A stretch of DNA of 51,876 bases, the filler included, from Bipalium vagum (Eukaryota): NCBI GenBank assembly GCA_037834085.1. It is 3 parts of 3 records of this genome, joined end to end, with 100 filler letters (N's around TTAATTAATTAA, not from the genome) between each part and the next. Parts side by side here need not be neighbours in the genome. Positions count along the whole stretch, not along the records: positions 34,919 to 51,876 come from JBBMKC010084645.1; 2 more parts are not named here. One strand, given 5' to 3'. Below are positions 38,405 through 49,564 of the stretch, one piece after another (position 1 is the stretch's first letter; the number at the start of each line of letters is the position of its first letter). The notes under the pieces are model-generated. The model was not told the origin of the DNA, made no database searches, and was given only the letters and a program-made list of their open reading frames with translations. Position numbers and translations under genes: made by a program.

Positions 38405-41400
38405 TGGCGACCACACCACCTAAGGGTCTGTTTTTAAGCAGATTAATGCCGGAGACATTTAGGAAAAATGACAATCTGGAAGAATTTATTGAAGACTGTG
38501 TGAGATTTTTCGGCGCTTCTAAAATGGACAAAAAAAACAAGGGAAGGCCTGGTAAAAGCCTTTTTAGAAAGAGATCTCATCGATATCTATGAAAAAACTG
38601 AAAAAGAAGTCTGTGAATTCGAGGATAGGCTTCGAAAAACAATTGGAAAACCCAAGTCTTTAATACAAGACTTAGAATGAGCTCTGCGATACAAGAAAGG
38701 CTTAGAAGATGCTGAAACATTCAATAAGAAGATTGAAAGGATTGTGAAAAGAATCTTATAAAATGATTTGAACGAAGAAGCCCTAAAGAAAGAATTCTTG
38801 TTGCATTGTGCAGAGAATGTAAATTTGAAGAGAGGTTAAAATGAGGAAAATAGAAGACACTTCAGAAATTGTGGAAACTCTTAAGCTCTTAGATCAGTTA
38901 GACAGGGAAGTTGAGATGATTAGTATCATTAGAAGTTACAGGGGAGCAGTCATTAACGAACCTCAGCGATTAAGCTCAATGAATAGTTCATCTTTGACAA
39001 CATACAGGAACGCGCCAGGAAGAAGAAGAGAGGAGAATAACAGTTACGTGTTACGTAATTATGTTTTGCTTGAATAAATAGTTTTTATAACTCTGATGTC
39101 TTTTCAATGTGTAGTAAAGAAGAACTAACTGTAACAGACAATGAACATGGCACAAGGTAATAAATATGTCGGACCCCATAGAAAAACGGAAGATGAAAGA
39201 ACGACAGAGACTCAACCTCATAGGCCACCCAAATGGCTCGGCCCGACAGAAGTGGAGGTAGTCGGGGCAGTCTATTAAACAGAAATGTTTACTCCCGTAG
39301 GTTAGCGGGTGACATAGAAGAGGAAATAGAGAAAACGGATATGCGTTGGCAGATGGTGGGAATGTGGAAGAGAGAATGGGTATAAACAGGGCGGAATACA
39401 TTCATGATTTTTGAAGAAAAAATCTCCAGATAAGGAACAGAGAGAAGAGCATGCTGATGATCAAAGACTGATGACAATCGAAGAATACCGACAAGAGGTA
39501 ATATCATTTGATAAAATACAGGAACACCAAATGTGACATTGACAATACAAGATAAAAATATTGAATGCCTGCTAGATACTGAAGTGAGAGTAAATATTAT
39601 GAGTATGCAGACATTGGAAGAACTGAGAGGTATAAATCTAGTTAGATGTAATGAACATTTACGGTGTGAGAATATAGCGAAATGAAGGTGAAAGGAACGA
39701 CAGAAATAGAAGTACGATTGGGGAATATTTGCAGAATGATAAATTTTATAGTTGTAGATAAAATAACACCGAATATCATTGGAGGCATAGAGCTGCAGAA
39801 AAAAATTGGATTCGAACTGATCCGAACTACCATGGAGAATGAAAGCTTTCACATATGCAATATCGAAGCAAAATTTGGAAGAACGGTACACAAAGAAGAG
39901 AGATTTCGAAAAGCTTTGGAATTTCTAAACGTGGCGGAGGAATCAAGACTGGGTGAAGTAATTAGAAAAAACGCGGATGCATGTATGGCAGATAAATGGG
40001 ATGTCGGGTGCACCAGTCTACTTAAACAGAGAATAGTTACAGGAGGAGACCCAATAAATGTTAAGCCATGGAGGCAACCTATGCATCTTGAAGAAAAGAT
40101 TAATGAAGCGATTGAAAATTTATATATGAGTAACATCATCAAAAGTTGCAACTCGGCCTGGAATACACCACTAATATGCGTGTGGAAGAAAGAAAAGAAG
40201 AACATTAGACTTAGTCTAGATTTAGTTACGACTAAACCTGGTAACGCAAACACATGCCGAATGTAGATGAGATGTTGGACAGACTTAATGAAGCCGTTTA
40301 TTTCAGCATTATCGACCTCGAACAGGCTTACTACCAGATTGAAATGGATGAAGTTTCGAAGGAGAATACAGTATTCTCGGCGAAAGTAGGACAGTTCTGT
40401 TTCAATCGCATGCCGTTCGGAATCACTGCTGCACCAGGTACATTCCAAGAATTGATGACCAAAATCCTGGTAGACATGAGAAGATCTATCGGGTATCTAG
40501 ATGACACTCTAATACACTCTGAAGGCCTAGAAGAACACTACAAACGCTTAAATGAAGTGCTGATGAGAATCAAATCAGCAGGACTACGAATAGACCCAGA
40601 CAAATGTTCATTTATACAGAAAGAAATAAAATTTTGGGGGAATATTATAAGCAATGACGGTGTGAGAGCAGATCCTACGAAAGTTGATGCCATAAAGAAA
40701 TTTGAACGTCCAAAGTGTGTAAAAACTCTCCGAAGTTTTTTACGCCTTTGCAACTATTATCGGCGTTTCATCAAGGGCTATGCAAACAAAGCTAGAGCAT
40801 TAGATGAACTTTGTGGACGGAACAAAGAAAAACTAATTTAGACAGAAGCGTGCAGTACAGCCTTCTCAGAGATGAAAACAGCTGTTACCAATCCACCGGT
40901 GCTAAGTTACCCAGACATACGAAGAGAATTTATTCTAGATACGGACATTAGCTTCGATACAATTGAAGCAGTGCTGGCCCAGAAAGACAATGAAGGTATG
41001 GAAAGAGATATTGCATATGGATCCCATGCAATGTCCGCCCACGAAAGAGGATACTGCATTACCCGAAAGGAGCTCTTATCAATTTAATATTTCTGCAATC
41101 ATTTCAAACACTATCATTATGGTAAAAGATTCATATTAAGGACAGATGACAAAGCCATTACATTCATGATCACGTCAAAAGACCCGATCACTCCACAGTT
41201 CCAGACTTGGATAAATTATTTATGCCCAGCCCGTATCACTACCAAACCAATGGAGTAATAGAAAGAATCAATACAGACAAATGGGTCGGAGAAGCAGAGT
41301 TAGAGGAGACCACGGGAATCGAAAAAAGTCAGGGGAGAACAAGAAGAAAATTTGCCATCAATGAAGAAGTACTGGTCATAATAAAAAAAACAAAAGACAG

Positions 41401-41529
41401 TGACAGATTCGAAGGTCCATTCCAGGTCATAAGAAAGATACACGATCGGAGATACAAAATACGAAGTCAAAAAGGAAAAATAATTCAAAGAAATATGGAA
41501 AGATTAAAAAGTTTCTTAAAGGAGTGGCA

Positions 41530-41686
41530 TGTGAGGATTATTAATAATATTAAAAAATCAATTCAAAATCATTGCTGTTTAAATAATACGGTTGTCGGCA
41601 GATAAGTTGTTTTGAAATACATTTTGAAAGCGAGTTTATTTTTTATGATTTCAGACATCAAAAATGAAATAAGCAGTAGCTAACCA
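41530..41686 (+). repeat. 3' LTR
   Basis: TG...CA direct repeat of 38250-38404. Confidence 0.93.
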
Positions 41687-42691
41687 TAATAACTAATAAT
41701 AGACAGAGAATATTTATATAATTTATATTAATTTATCGTTATTTATATAATTTAATAAAAGTAAGAATTTACTTTCCAATCAATAAAAGTGAGAGCTTTA
41801 TTTTACTGAATCTTGTTCTCAAGATTAAATCATTTTTTGTTCTATTCTGAAATTAATGTCTGGAAAAAAATTTATTTCATCCAAAATCTCTCTAATTTAT
41901 TGATTATACAATTATATATTACATATATTATGTATTATACATATAACTTGTTTATTTTATTTAGAAAGTTTTTTTTTACAGGAGTTTCAATAACCAATTA
42001 TAATGATGCAGCCGACAATCTTTACCCTGAATTCTATCCAGACGTCCTGTGAATTTTGCTATTCTCTTCATTTGCAAGCTAAACTGAATGTGGTAAAAAA
42101 TGATTTTTAAAGATATTTGATTAAATTAGTCAGAATACAGTTACTTAGTGATAAAAACTGAAGATAGATTAAGAAAACACAGATGTATTTTATTTTAATA
42201 GTATAAGAATTGATAATCGTAATCACGAGAAATAGCTGACAAACGAAAATGATTAATCGTATTTATTTAATTAATTATAACTAAAAAATTTTTTTAATCT
42301 GATGAAATTATTGTTTCTGTTTTGTATTCTCTGCTTTTATTTGTTAATTATTAAATTTAAGTTAAGTTTTATCATTTTAGCTAATTATTTAAAAGTTAAT
42401 TATTTAGAAATTGATTTAATTAGGAAATTAAAACAAATAACGCCTAAAGGTAGTTTTTATAATTTTACTTTAAGTAATTAATTTTATTTTTGGAAAATTT
42501 TTTAACTTTAGACAATTTACTTTCACTTTTAGCACTTGAATGCTGTTTGCTTTTCAATCTATTTATTTTACAGAAAAATTTGGGTCTGTTTCTCTTTCAT
42601 ATATTTTTCAGTACTGAGTGCTATTTTTATTTTATTTTAAGAGAAAAAATAAGCTTATTATAAAAAAATACAAATACATGATTGTAATTAT

Positions 42692-43639
42692 TGCGGAGAC
42701 TCCCACGCTCAGTTCCAAAATCGTCGACTCAATCCAGTTCAAATACAAAACAATATTTTTGAACCTTTTAATAACAAAGTTTTGGTGCTTAGTTTTGTGT
42801 TTTTATTTGTTATTATTTGCAAATAAAATTTTTATGTTTTATGTAAAAGTTAAAGTCCGTATTATAATTTTAACTAACTTTCTTTCTTATCTGTTTTAAA
42901 AATATATATATAAAATTTAATAATTAAATAAAAAATAACTAAAACAAAAAATATAATATAAAAATTATAATTAATTAATAAGGTAGTTAGGTGATTAATA
43001 ATAAAAATTTGGTTAAAAATTTTAGTAGCAACAAAAAATTACTAAATAAATAAATAAAATAATAAATTTTTATACACCTTACTATACACAGAAATATACA
43101 ATAATATTTTATATAATAATTTAGAAATTGGTAACAAAGTGACTATTATTAATAATATAAATAATCGAATTAATTAGAAAAAAGGGACAACAAAAATCAT
43201 TTAGAAGACAGGTGCAAAATCGTGAGATTGCAGAACGAAAGGAAAAACTTTAAAAGACCCGCAGAATTTTACATTCGTCCAGCATATTCTTCTTCCCAAT
43301 TAGCAAATTAACCAGCATATTTTCCGAAGTAACAGAAATCGATACCACACTTTGTAACCCGTAAATTCAGAAAAGAGATAGTTCAAATTTAAACACCAAT
43401 TTGAATTAAAAAACAAACAATAAAACAAAAACAACAGAAAAAAGGAGAACCAAGTCAAGAAACAATAATCCACAACTCAAAAGCAATCACAGATGATTAT
43501 TGCAATAAGTAATTTTTTATTTAACTTATTCAATACGGAATTTGATTCCAAATTCCACAAATTAATTAATTCTAAGTAAATTTCTCTTTCACACTTTTAT
43601 TATGTGAAACGATTCCCAAGTAACAAAAACCTCTTAACA
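42692..43639 (+). mobile_element. Probable solo LTR (~950 bp)
   Basis: TG...AACA termini, flanks ATTAT/ATAAT (5-bp TSD with one mismatch), motif similarity to the insertion at 23640. Confidence 0.5.
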
Positions 43640-44608
43640 ATAATTCGATTTGAAATTATAAGTTAAAGGTTAATTAATTTAAATAAATATTAAAGGTTTG
43701 AACAGCTACTCCAACACTTTAGGATCAAATAAGCTTTCACTTTTTTCTGATTTCCTAGTATTTTCTTTTTGTGTGTTCTTCACGTCTACTAGGACGAAGA
43801 ACTGAATTTTTCACTAAGAGCTCTTGAGAGTAGGATACCGAAGGGTGATCTGACTTATTTTAGTAATTTCTATATCTCGAGTTTTAACACCAAAATAATT
43901 TGTAACAATAATAAAATTGTAGATTTATATGAAAAATATATTTTAATAAAAAATTGGTTATCTCAGTTTATCGTTTAAAAGTTTATATTTTGCAATAGAT
44001 TTTTTATTTAAGTTGTCATTTGAATTTTAACCCCGTCCATACGAGCACTAAACCTTCTGAGTTATAAACAGTTCACGTTAAGTTGCTCGAAAGTCCAATA
44101 TCGATCTTTTTCACCCAATTCTTTTTAAATACACCTTTTCAGCTTACTTAACATTATTATAAAAATACAAATACATGCTCAAAAATCAGCACATTATAAA
44201 GAGAACATAATATATATAATAATATATAATATATAATATATATCAAATATATGAAAGAATGTTAAATTGTTTCTTGTCTTTGCTGTTGGTGTTTGTTCCT
44301 TTTCATTAGACGCTGATGAGTTTAGATTAAAACCCGTGAGACTTGTAGATTCCATCACCTTTATATAGTAAATTTCAATCTATTTGTGAAGTTTTTAGAT
44401 TTATTTGAGTACAATTATAAAATTATTCCTCAATAAAAAAAATTCTGAATTCATTGATATTTTGTAAAATCATTTCTCAATTAAAAGAACTCCTAGCGAA
44501 GAATGTTTTCAACTACCTTGAACATATATTCTGTAGATAAAATAATTCCATGATATTATTTTGTGCTGTTATTGTTTTCTTTGTTTAACAGCTCTGTAAT
44601 AAAACATA

Positions 44609-47164
44609 CAGTATAGTTCGCCTAATCAGAATTAATCTAGACCATAAAAAACATTCGAATTTGACGAAATTGATTTTAAAAATGAAAAATCAAAGAATTG
44701 AATTAATTTTAATTAATAAATGACAGCATAGATCTTTGTTTGGTCTTCTTTATCGACTCTTCTGCTACATCATTTGTCAGATCCAAGATCTTATCAGAAT
44801 AAATTTCTTTTAAATCATTATTAAATTGTAAATATTTTTCTTCTTTGTTTGTTGGCTTCTCAACTACCTGTCTTATTTTATCATTTTCGTTTTCCACTTC
44901 TTCACTTGGATTACTTGAAAATAAATCCACAATATTCGAAAAGTTATAGTTTTGCATTTATTTGCAAATCCTCATCAATTTCAATAAAGTCTTTAAATTT
45001 TACATAAATTTTTTATCTCATTCAATTGATTAAAAAGATCATCGACTTCATTAGTTCAAAATGTTTAACTTTTCCTCTAATTTCTGTAGATTTGTAAAAG
45101 AAATACGGGAATATTAATTTATAATTATTCCTGTCGGCAAAATATTCCATGAATATTTTAAAAGATTCATTGATCAAGTAAAATGAAATTAAAATCAATC
45201 TCGGTTTCATAACATGCTAAAAGTCGCTGAAATAACTTTTTCTTATATGTTCATTTTTAAGAATGAATAACTCCTGCATCTAATGGCTGATTTCTAAATT
45301 TCTAGAAATTGTATTTGAAGGAAAAAAGTACAATTTAATAGTTTGATCATTTATATTCAAGTGAAATTGGTATCTGTCCAAAATGAGAGAAATTTATCTA
45401 TTTTCCTGGCCAAATAATAAATCTAAATTATTCAAAAATTTTATAAAAATTGAAGATGTCTTTCAAGACTATTTAAAAAGTAATCTAGTCATAATTTTGA
45501 AGTATTTTGGATTTCCGTATTTTTAAATTACCAAAAGAGAGCTTTTCTCCTATGATAGAAACAGTGATGAGAGCTGCTATTCTCTCGTTTGATTTTTCAC
45601 CACCATGAACTTTTACACCTTTAAAGTCCAATGTTCTATCAGAAGTCAAAATTTAAATTCATCACAATTAAAAATATTAGATCAATTATATTGACAAATA
45701 TACTGGGAGCAATACTGTTTCTCTCCAGTCACTTTATGACTTGTAATGCCATGTTGTTCCTTCCACAGACTTATCCAATTGATGAGCTTTAACTTCTTTT
45801 AATTCTTTAGCTAATTCATTTGTCTCATCTTTCAATAAATCGCCATTTATTGCAATATCAGGCCTTACATTTCGGGTATGATCGAACAATGTTAAAAGTG
45901 CTTTTGATGTTATTTCATTGTACTTAACGTACCTTACTTTTTAAAGAAATTAAAAATTTTTAAATTACTATATCTTCCAACTATACTATATCTTCCAACA
46001 AAGAAGATATTCCAATTATGTTATTATTGGTGTCATCAGTATGGCACAATGCAGATATTGAATTTCAAACTGGTATATCTGCTAAGAGCATTGTCCAATG
46101 GAATCTGTATTTCAGGGACATATGCGCCGAATATTTTGTTCGCAATCTAATACAGGTTGGAGGAGTTGGAAAAGTGGTCGAAATAGATGAGACATGCATA
46201 TCAAAACGAAAATATGAGAGAGGGAGAATAATTCGACAAAATCAATGGATATTCGGTGAGAAGGAGCGTGGATGTGCAATCTCACAGTCAACCATTCTTT
46301 TTGTTGAACAATTTTGTTGATCCGCAAACCAATGCACACACCCAGACCGTTGAAAACATGTGGATAAGGTTCAAAAAAAAGTTTAAAAAGTCACAAGGCC
46401 ACAACACCTCATCGAAAGAGGGTTACACTGATTATCTGCAAGAAATTTTGTGGAGAAGAATTTGGTGAACGCTCTCAAATATTTTACAATTTTTTGAGCC
46501 ACGTAATAGAATTTTACCCCATGTGAATATGAAATCTGTAAATTTTGTGTTAAATAAACATTAAAAATTTCTTACTTTTAATTATATATATATATTACTT
46601 TCAAATAAAAGTAATATATTCAACTTTAAAATTTTTAATTTCTTAAAAAAGTGGGGTAAGTACAATAGTACCCATGTTTACATTTATTTTTGACAGTAAC
46701 TGTTGTGGCTTTATTGTTAATTATTTTTTACGGCCTTCTGACTTTAACAAATCACATAAGTTGGAGCTTAAATTCCAATTTTATCCAAAGTTGATTTATA
46801 ACCAATCCTACTACCTCTTTTCTAAATTATCTACAAATTTAATAATATGATATTGTTTTGATAGTGAAATTTCTGTTCGATTCATTTTTAGCATTTTGTC
46901 TAAAATATGTTTTTTATATAGCAAAAATTTATCAAACTCAAGTGCTTATTTTATAAAAACAACATTTAAATATTTTTGCAAGTAATTGGATTCATTAAAA
47001 CATCTTATATGAACGCAAATTAGTTTTCAGTTTATAAATTTTAATTAATTCGGATTACAAAATTTTTCGCACAAGATTGCTCGTTAGACTAATTGGTTAT
47101 AGTGAATTCTCCTATTTTAAAAATCTGGACCGTAAAAGATTTTCAGATTAGCCGAACTCTATTG
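44609..47164 (-). mobile_element. Degenerate pogo/Tigger (CENP-B-like) transposon carrying a nested Merlin
   Basis: TIRs CAGTATAGTTCGCCTAATCAGAA / CAATAGAGTTCGGCTAATCTGAA; Tc5-type HTH remnant INGDLLKDETNELAKEL..WISLWKEQHGITSHKVTGE; DDE_1 remnant FNCDE..DRTLDFKG..GGEKSNERI. Confidence 0.85.
45918..46673 (+). mobile_element. Internally deleted Merlin (IS1016/IS1595-related) DNA transposon
   Basis: VGGVGKVVEIDETCISKRKYERGR..WIFG and FVDPQTNAHTQTVENMW motifs; ~45-bp TIR, with the right end intact (GGGTACTATTGTACTTACCCCACTTTTT) and the left end eroded. Confidence 0.88.
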
Positions 47165-48337
47165 GTGTTGGCACTTTAGCCAATTTAAAATATCTAAAAT
47201 TGAATAAAAAACTTTCCGAATCTTAAGCACATTAATCTAATTTGTGCTTAATCTAAACTGATTATTTAAACCTTTTCACACTAAAAATTCAGATTTTAAT
47301 TTGATTTATTCAGCTTTTATTAATCTAAAAGAATAAAATCTTTTTTGCGATACACAAAACATAACAGAAACGAAATATTATCATACCGATAATATAAATG
47401 GTATTTATTAAACATGAAATTAAAACTTATTCCAATACAAAAAATTACATTTTTCTTAACTTAATATTATATGTACCACTAATTACTCAAAAGCGGTTAA
47501 TATCGCAATTATACAACAAATACATATGATAATTTTATCTAAATAATTAAATGATTTATTGATAAGATTTCATAATCCAAACGAGAAGTTAAAACTTATA
47601 AATTAATTCTGATATATTAAAATTTATTAATAAGACGATTTTCTACAACTTCCACAAAGAAATTATAAAATCATGAATGATTCAAATGGATTTCAATATA
47701 GTGAAGCATCGGATAGACTTCAATTACTTTCTCAACTATAAATCTGCGCCTATTACGCGGAAATTTGGAAAACCAATTAGACCTGTTCCTAGAGATGCTT
47801 ATTCATTATCTATTTTCAGTTAGTCTAAAAAGAAAAGTGAAGCAATATCCATTGAATTAATAAATCACTTACGATAATCACATTGAGTAAATTAAATCCA
47901 TAGATCATGTCAGGTTTAACTCTAATCAACAAGATAAAACTTAATTGCACACTAATACTTTACATCCAAGCTTGTTTAAAGTAACTTCATGGTTTATATA
48001 GGACAATCTTAAATATGTACCATCTAATTGACTAAAATAAGTAAATTCTTAATCAAAATGTAAACTTAAAAATCCCAAAATAGGCATTAATAAATGCTTT
48101 AAAGATTTAAGATTACCATCATTAATTAACAATAGATTAATCTGAATATATTGTCAAGGACTTCACTTATCTGAAAAATAACTTTCGAATTTGATAACCA
48201 AAATTTAAAGTCAACCCTGTCGCTGTTTGAAATTGTTTCTCAAGTTTTCGGAGTCAATTGAGAATGTTAATTAAAATAAAAAAATGGTATTGATTTTTTA
48301 ATTTTTTTTGTAACCAAAGTAAGCAAAAATTTCTGTT

Positions 48338-49564
48338 TCAAAGTGAGACTTCACATTTATTCAAGATATCCAAACGAACCTGAAGCAGTAGAACGATGTT
48401 TTGGAAATTATCAGAAATGTTCTCTCTAACTTCCAAAGAGGACAGATCTTTTAGAATTGATTCCTTCAACATTCCGACAAGGGTTTTCAACCTGGATCGA
48501 TTTTTAACAGCGAGACAAGTCTCATTCCAATTATAAATGTCTTTTATAGACAGGGACTCATTGCGAGAAAGTCTTTCAATAATTTCAATGAGCAGAAGTG
48601 AACAGAAACTGAACCCATCCAGTGAGACGTTGAAGCAAAGAAGTTCATCGATACATTGATTGAGGATATTGGCTGATTTAAGAGTATCCAGTGCTTTAGT
48701 CACAGTTTGTTGTTCAAATAATCGTCGTAACATGTCCATTAATCCTATAAGTTCGTTTGGATTATTTTTGCAAACGAAACCGTATTCCATCAATAGCTTC
48801 GTGTTGCTATGAGGACCATAGTCAATATATATTTGATCCCCAGGCTCAAATGATTGAAATGTTTTTATTTCTATTTGCTGTTTAGTGTCATTAAATATTA
48901 TGTCTGCTTTGGAACCGAAATTGTGATTTAGCAAATCGAAAAATGGAATCAACAAAACATTTCCATTGACATATCTGTTTGGAAGTGAAAACTTCGAAGG
49001 ACAATATACGCACCTTGAATTGACTGCAGAAAAGGCCCACTTAAATAATTTTTCAATGTCTTCTTGATATCCATGGTGCTCGGCCATTTTGTTTAAATCA
49101 GATTTTATTATCTTGTAACTGTCTGAAACTGTATTACGATATTTCATAAATTTTCTTTTCAATAAGTCAGGCATAAAATCGATTTCATAATCACTGAAAT
49201 ATAAAATATTTGTGTATGTTTCGGGAACAGATGTTATGTATGGATAAAAATAAGAATCTTTGCATAACAGAGTTTCGTGAAACAGGAATAGCAACAATAT
49301 CCGAAGACCATCAAAATTAATCCATGATTTCCATGAATTCAAGTTAGCAAGGCAGGAGCATTTTTTTAATTTTTCCAAGCCTAATTTTGGTGACATGATA
49401 ATAGAAACGGGTAATTCTAATAATATATTTCCATTTTCCTGAAATTTTATATCACTTTTGGTAATCAATCCGGAACCCATAGCCTTAGTCTTCTTTTCAT
49501 AAACGGACAAATTGTTTACATCGATTCCATGATTAATTAACCACTGATAAAAGATCAAATTCAT
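48338..49564 (-). CDS. SETD4: SET domain-containing protein 4 (Rubisco-LSMT-like lysine methyltransferase), single coding exon, 408 aa
   Basis: GSGL, YPYITSVPETY, WAFSAVNSRCVY, LIPFFDLLNH and GDQIYIDYGPHSNTKLLMEYGFV motifs. Confidence 0.88.
   Translation of the reverse strand: MNLIFYQWLINHGIDVNNLSVYEKKTKAMGSGLITKSDIKFQENGNILLELPVSIIMSPKLGLEKLKKCSCLANLNSWKSWINFDGLRILLLFLFHETLLCKDSYFYPYITSVPETYTNILYFSDYEIDFMPDLLKRKFMKYRNTVSDSYKIIKSDLNKMAEHHGYQEDIEKLFKWAFSAVNSRCVYCPSKFSLPNRYVNGNVLLIPFFDLLNHNFGSKADIIFNDTKQQIEIKTFQSFEPGDQIYIDYGPHSNTKLLMEYGFVCKNNPNELIGLMDMLRRLFEQQTVTKALDTLKSANILNQCIDELLCFNVSLDGFSFCSLLLIEIIERLSRNESLSIKDIYNWNETCLAVKNRSRLKTLVGMLKESILKDLSSLEVRENISDNFQNIVLLLQVRLDILNKCEVSL

Larger units (their letters stand above)
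38250..41686 (+). mobile_element. Gypsy/Ty3 LTR retrotransposon, degenerate, integrase mostly deleted
   Basis: Two ~155-bp LTRs, (A)TAAT target duplication, PBS-like TGGCGACC at 38405, purine tract AAAGGAGTGG. Contains gag, protease CLLDT, RT (IDLEQAYYQ, RMPFG, YLDD), RNase H (FILDTD) and an integrase tail (SPYHYQTNG, FEGPF). Confidence 0.95.

Noticed and set aside
39289-40448. Two ~200-aa minus-strand ORFs
   Set aside because: Antisense shadows of Gypsy pol; the same applies to the antisense ORFs over RGK, PPM1A and GK5.
44313-44345. CTGATGAG hammerhead core
   Set aside because: No GAAA following a stem II and no GUH cleavage site in register.
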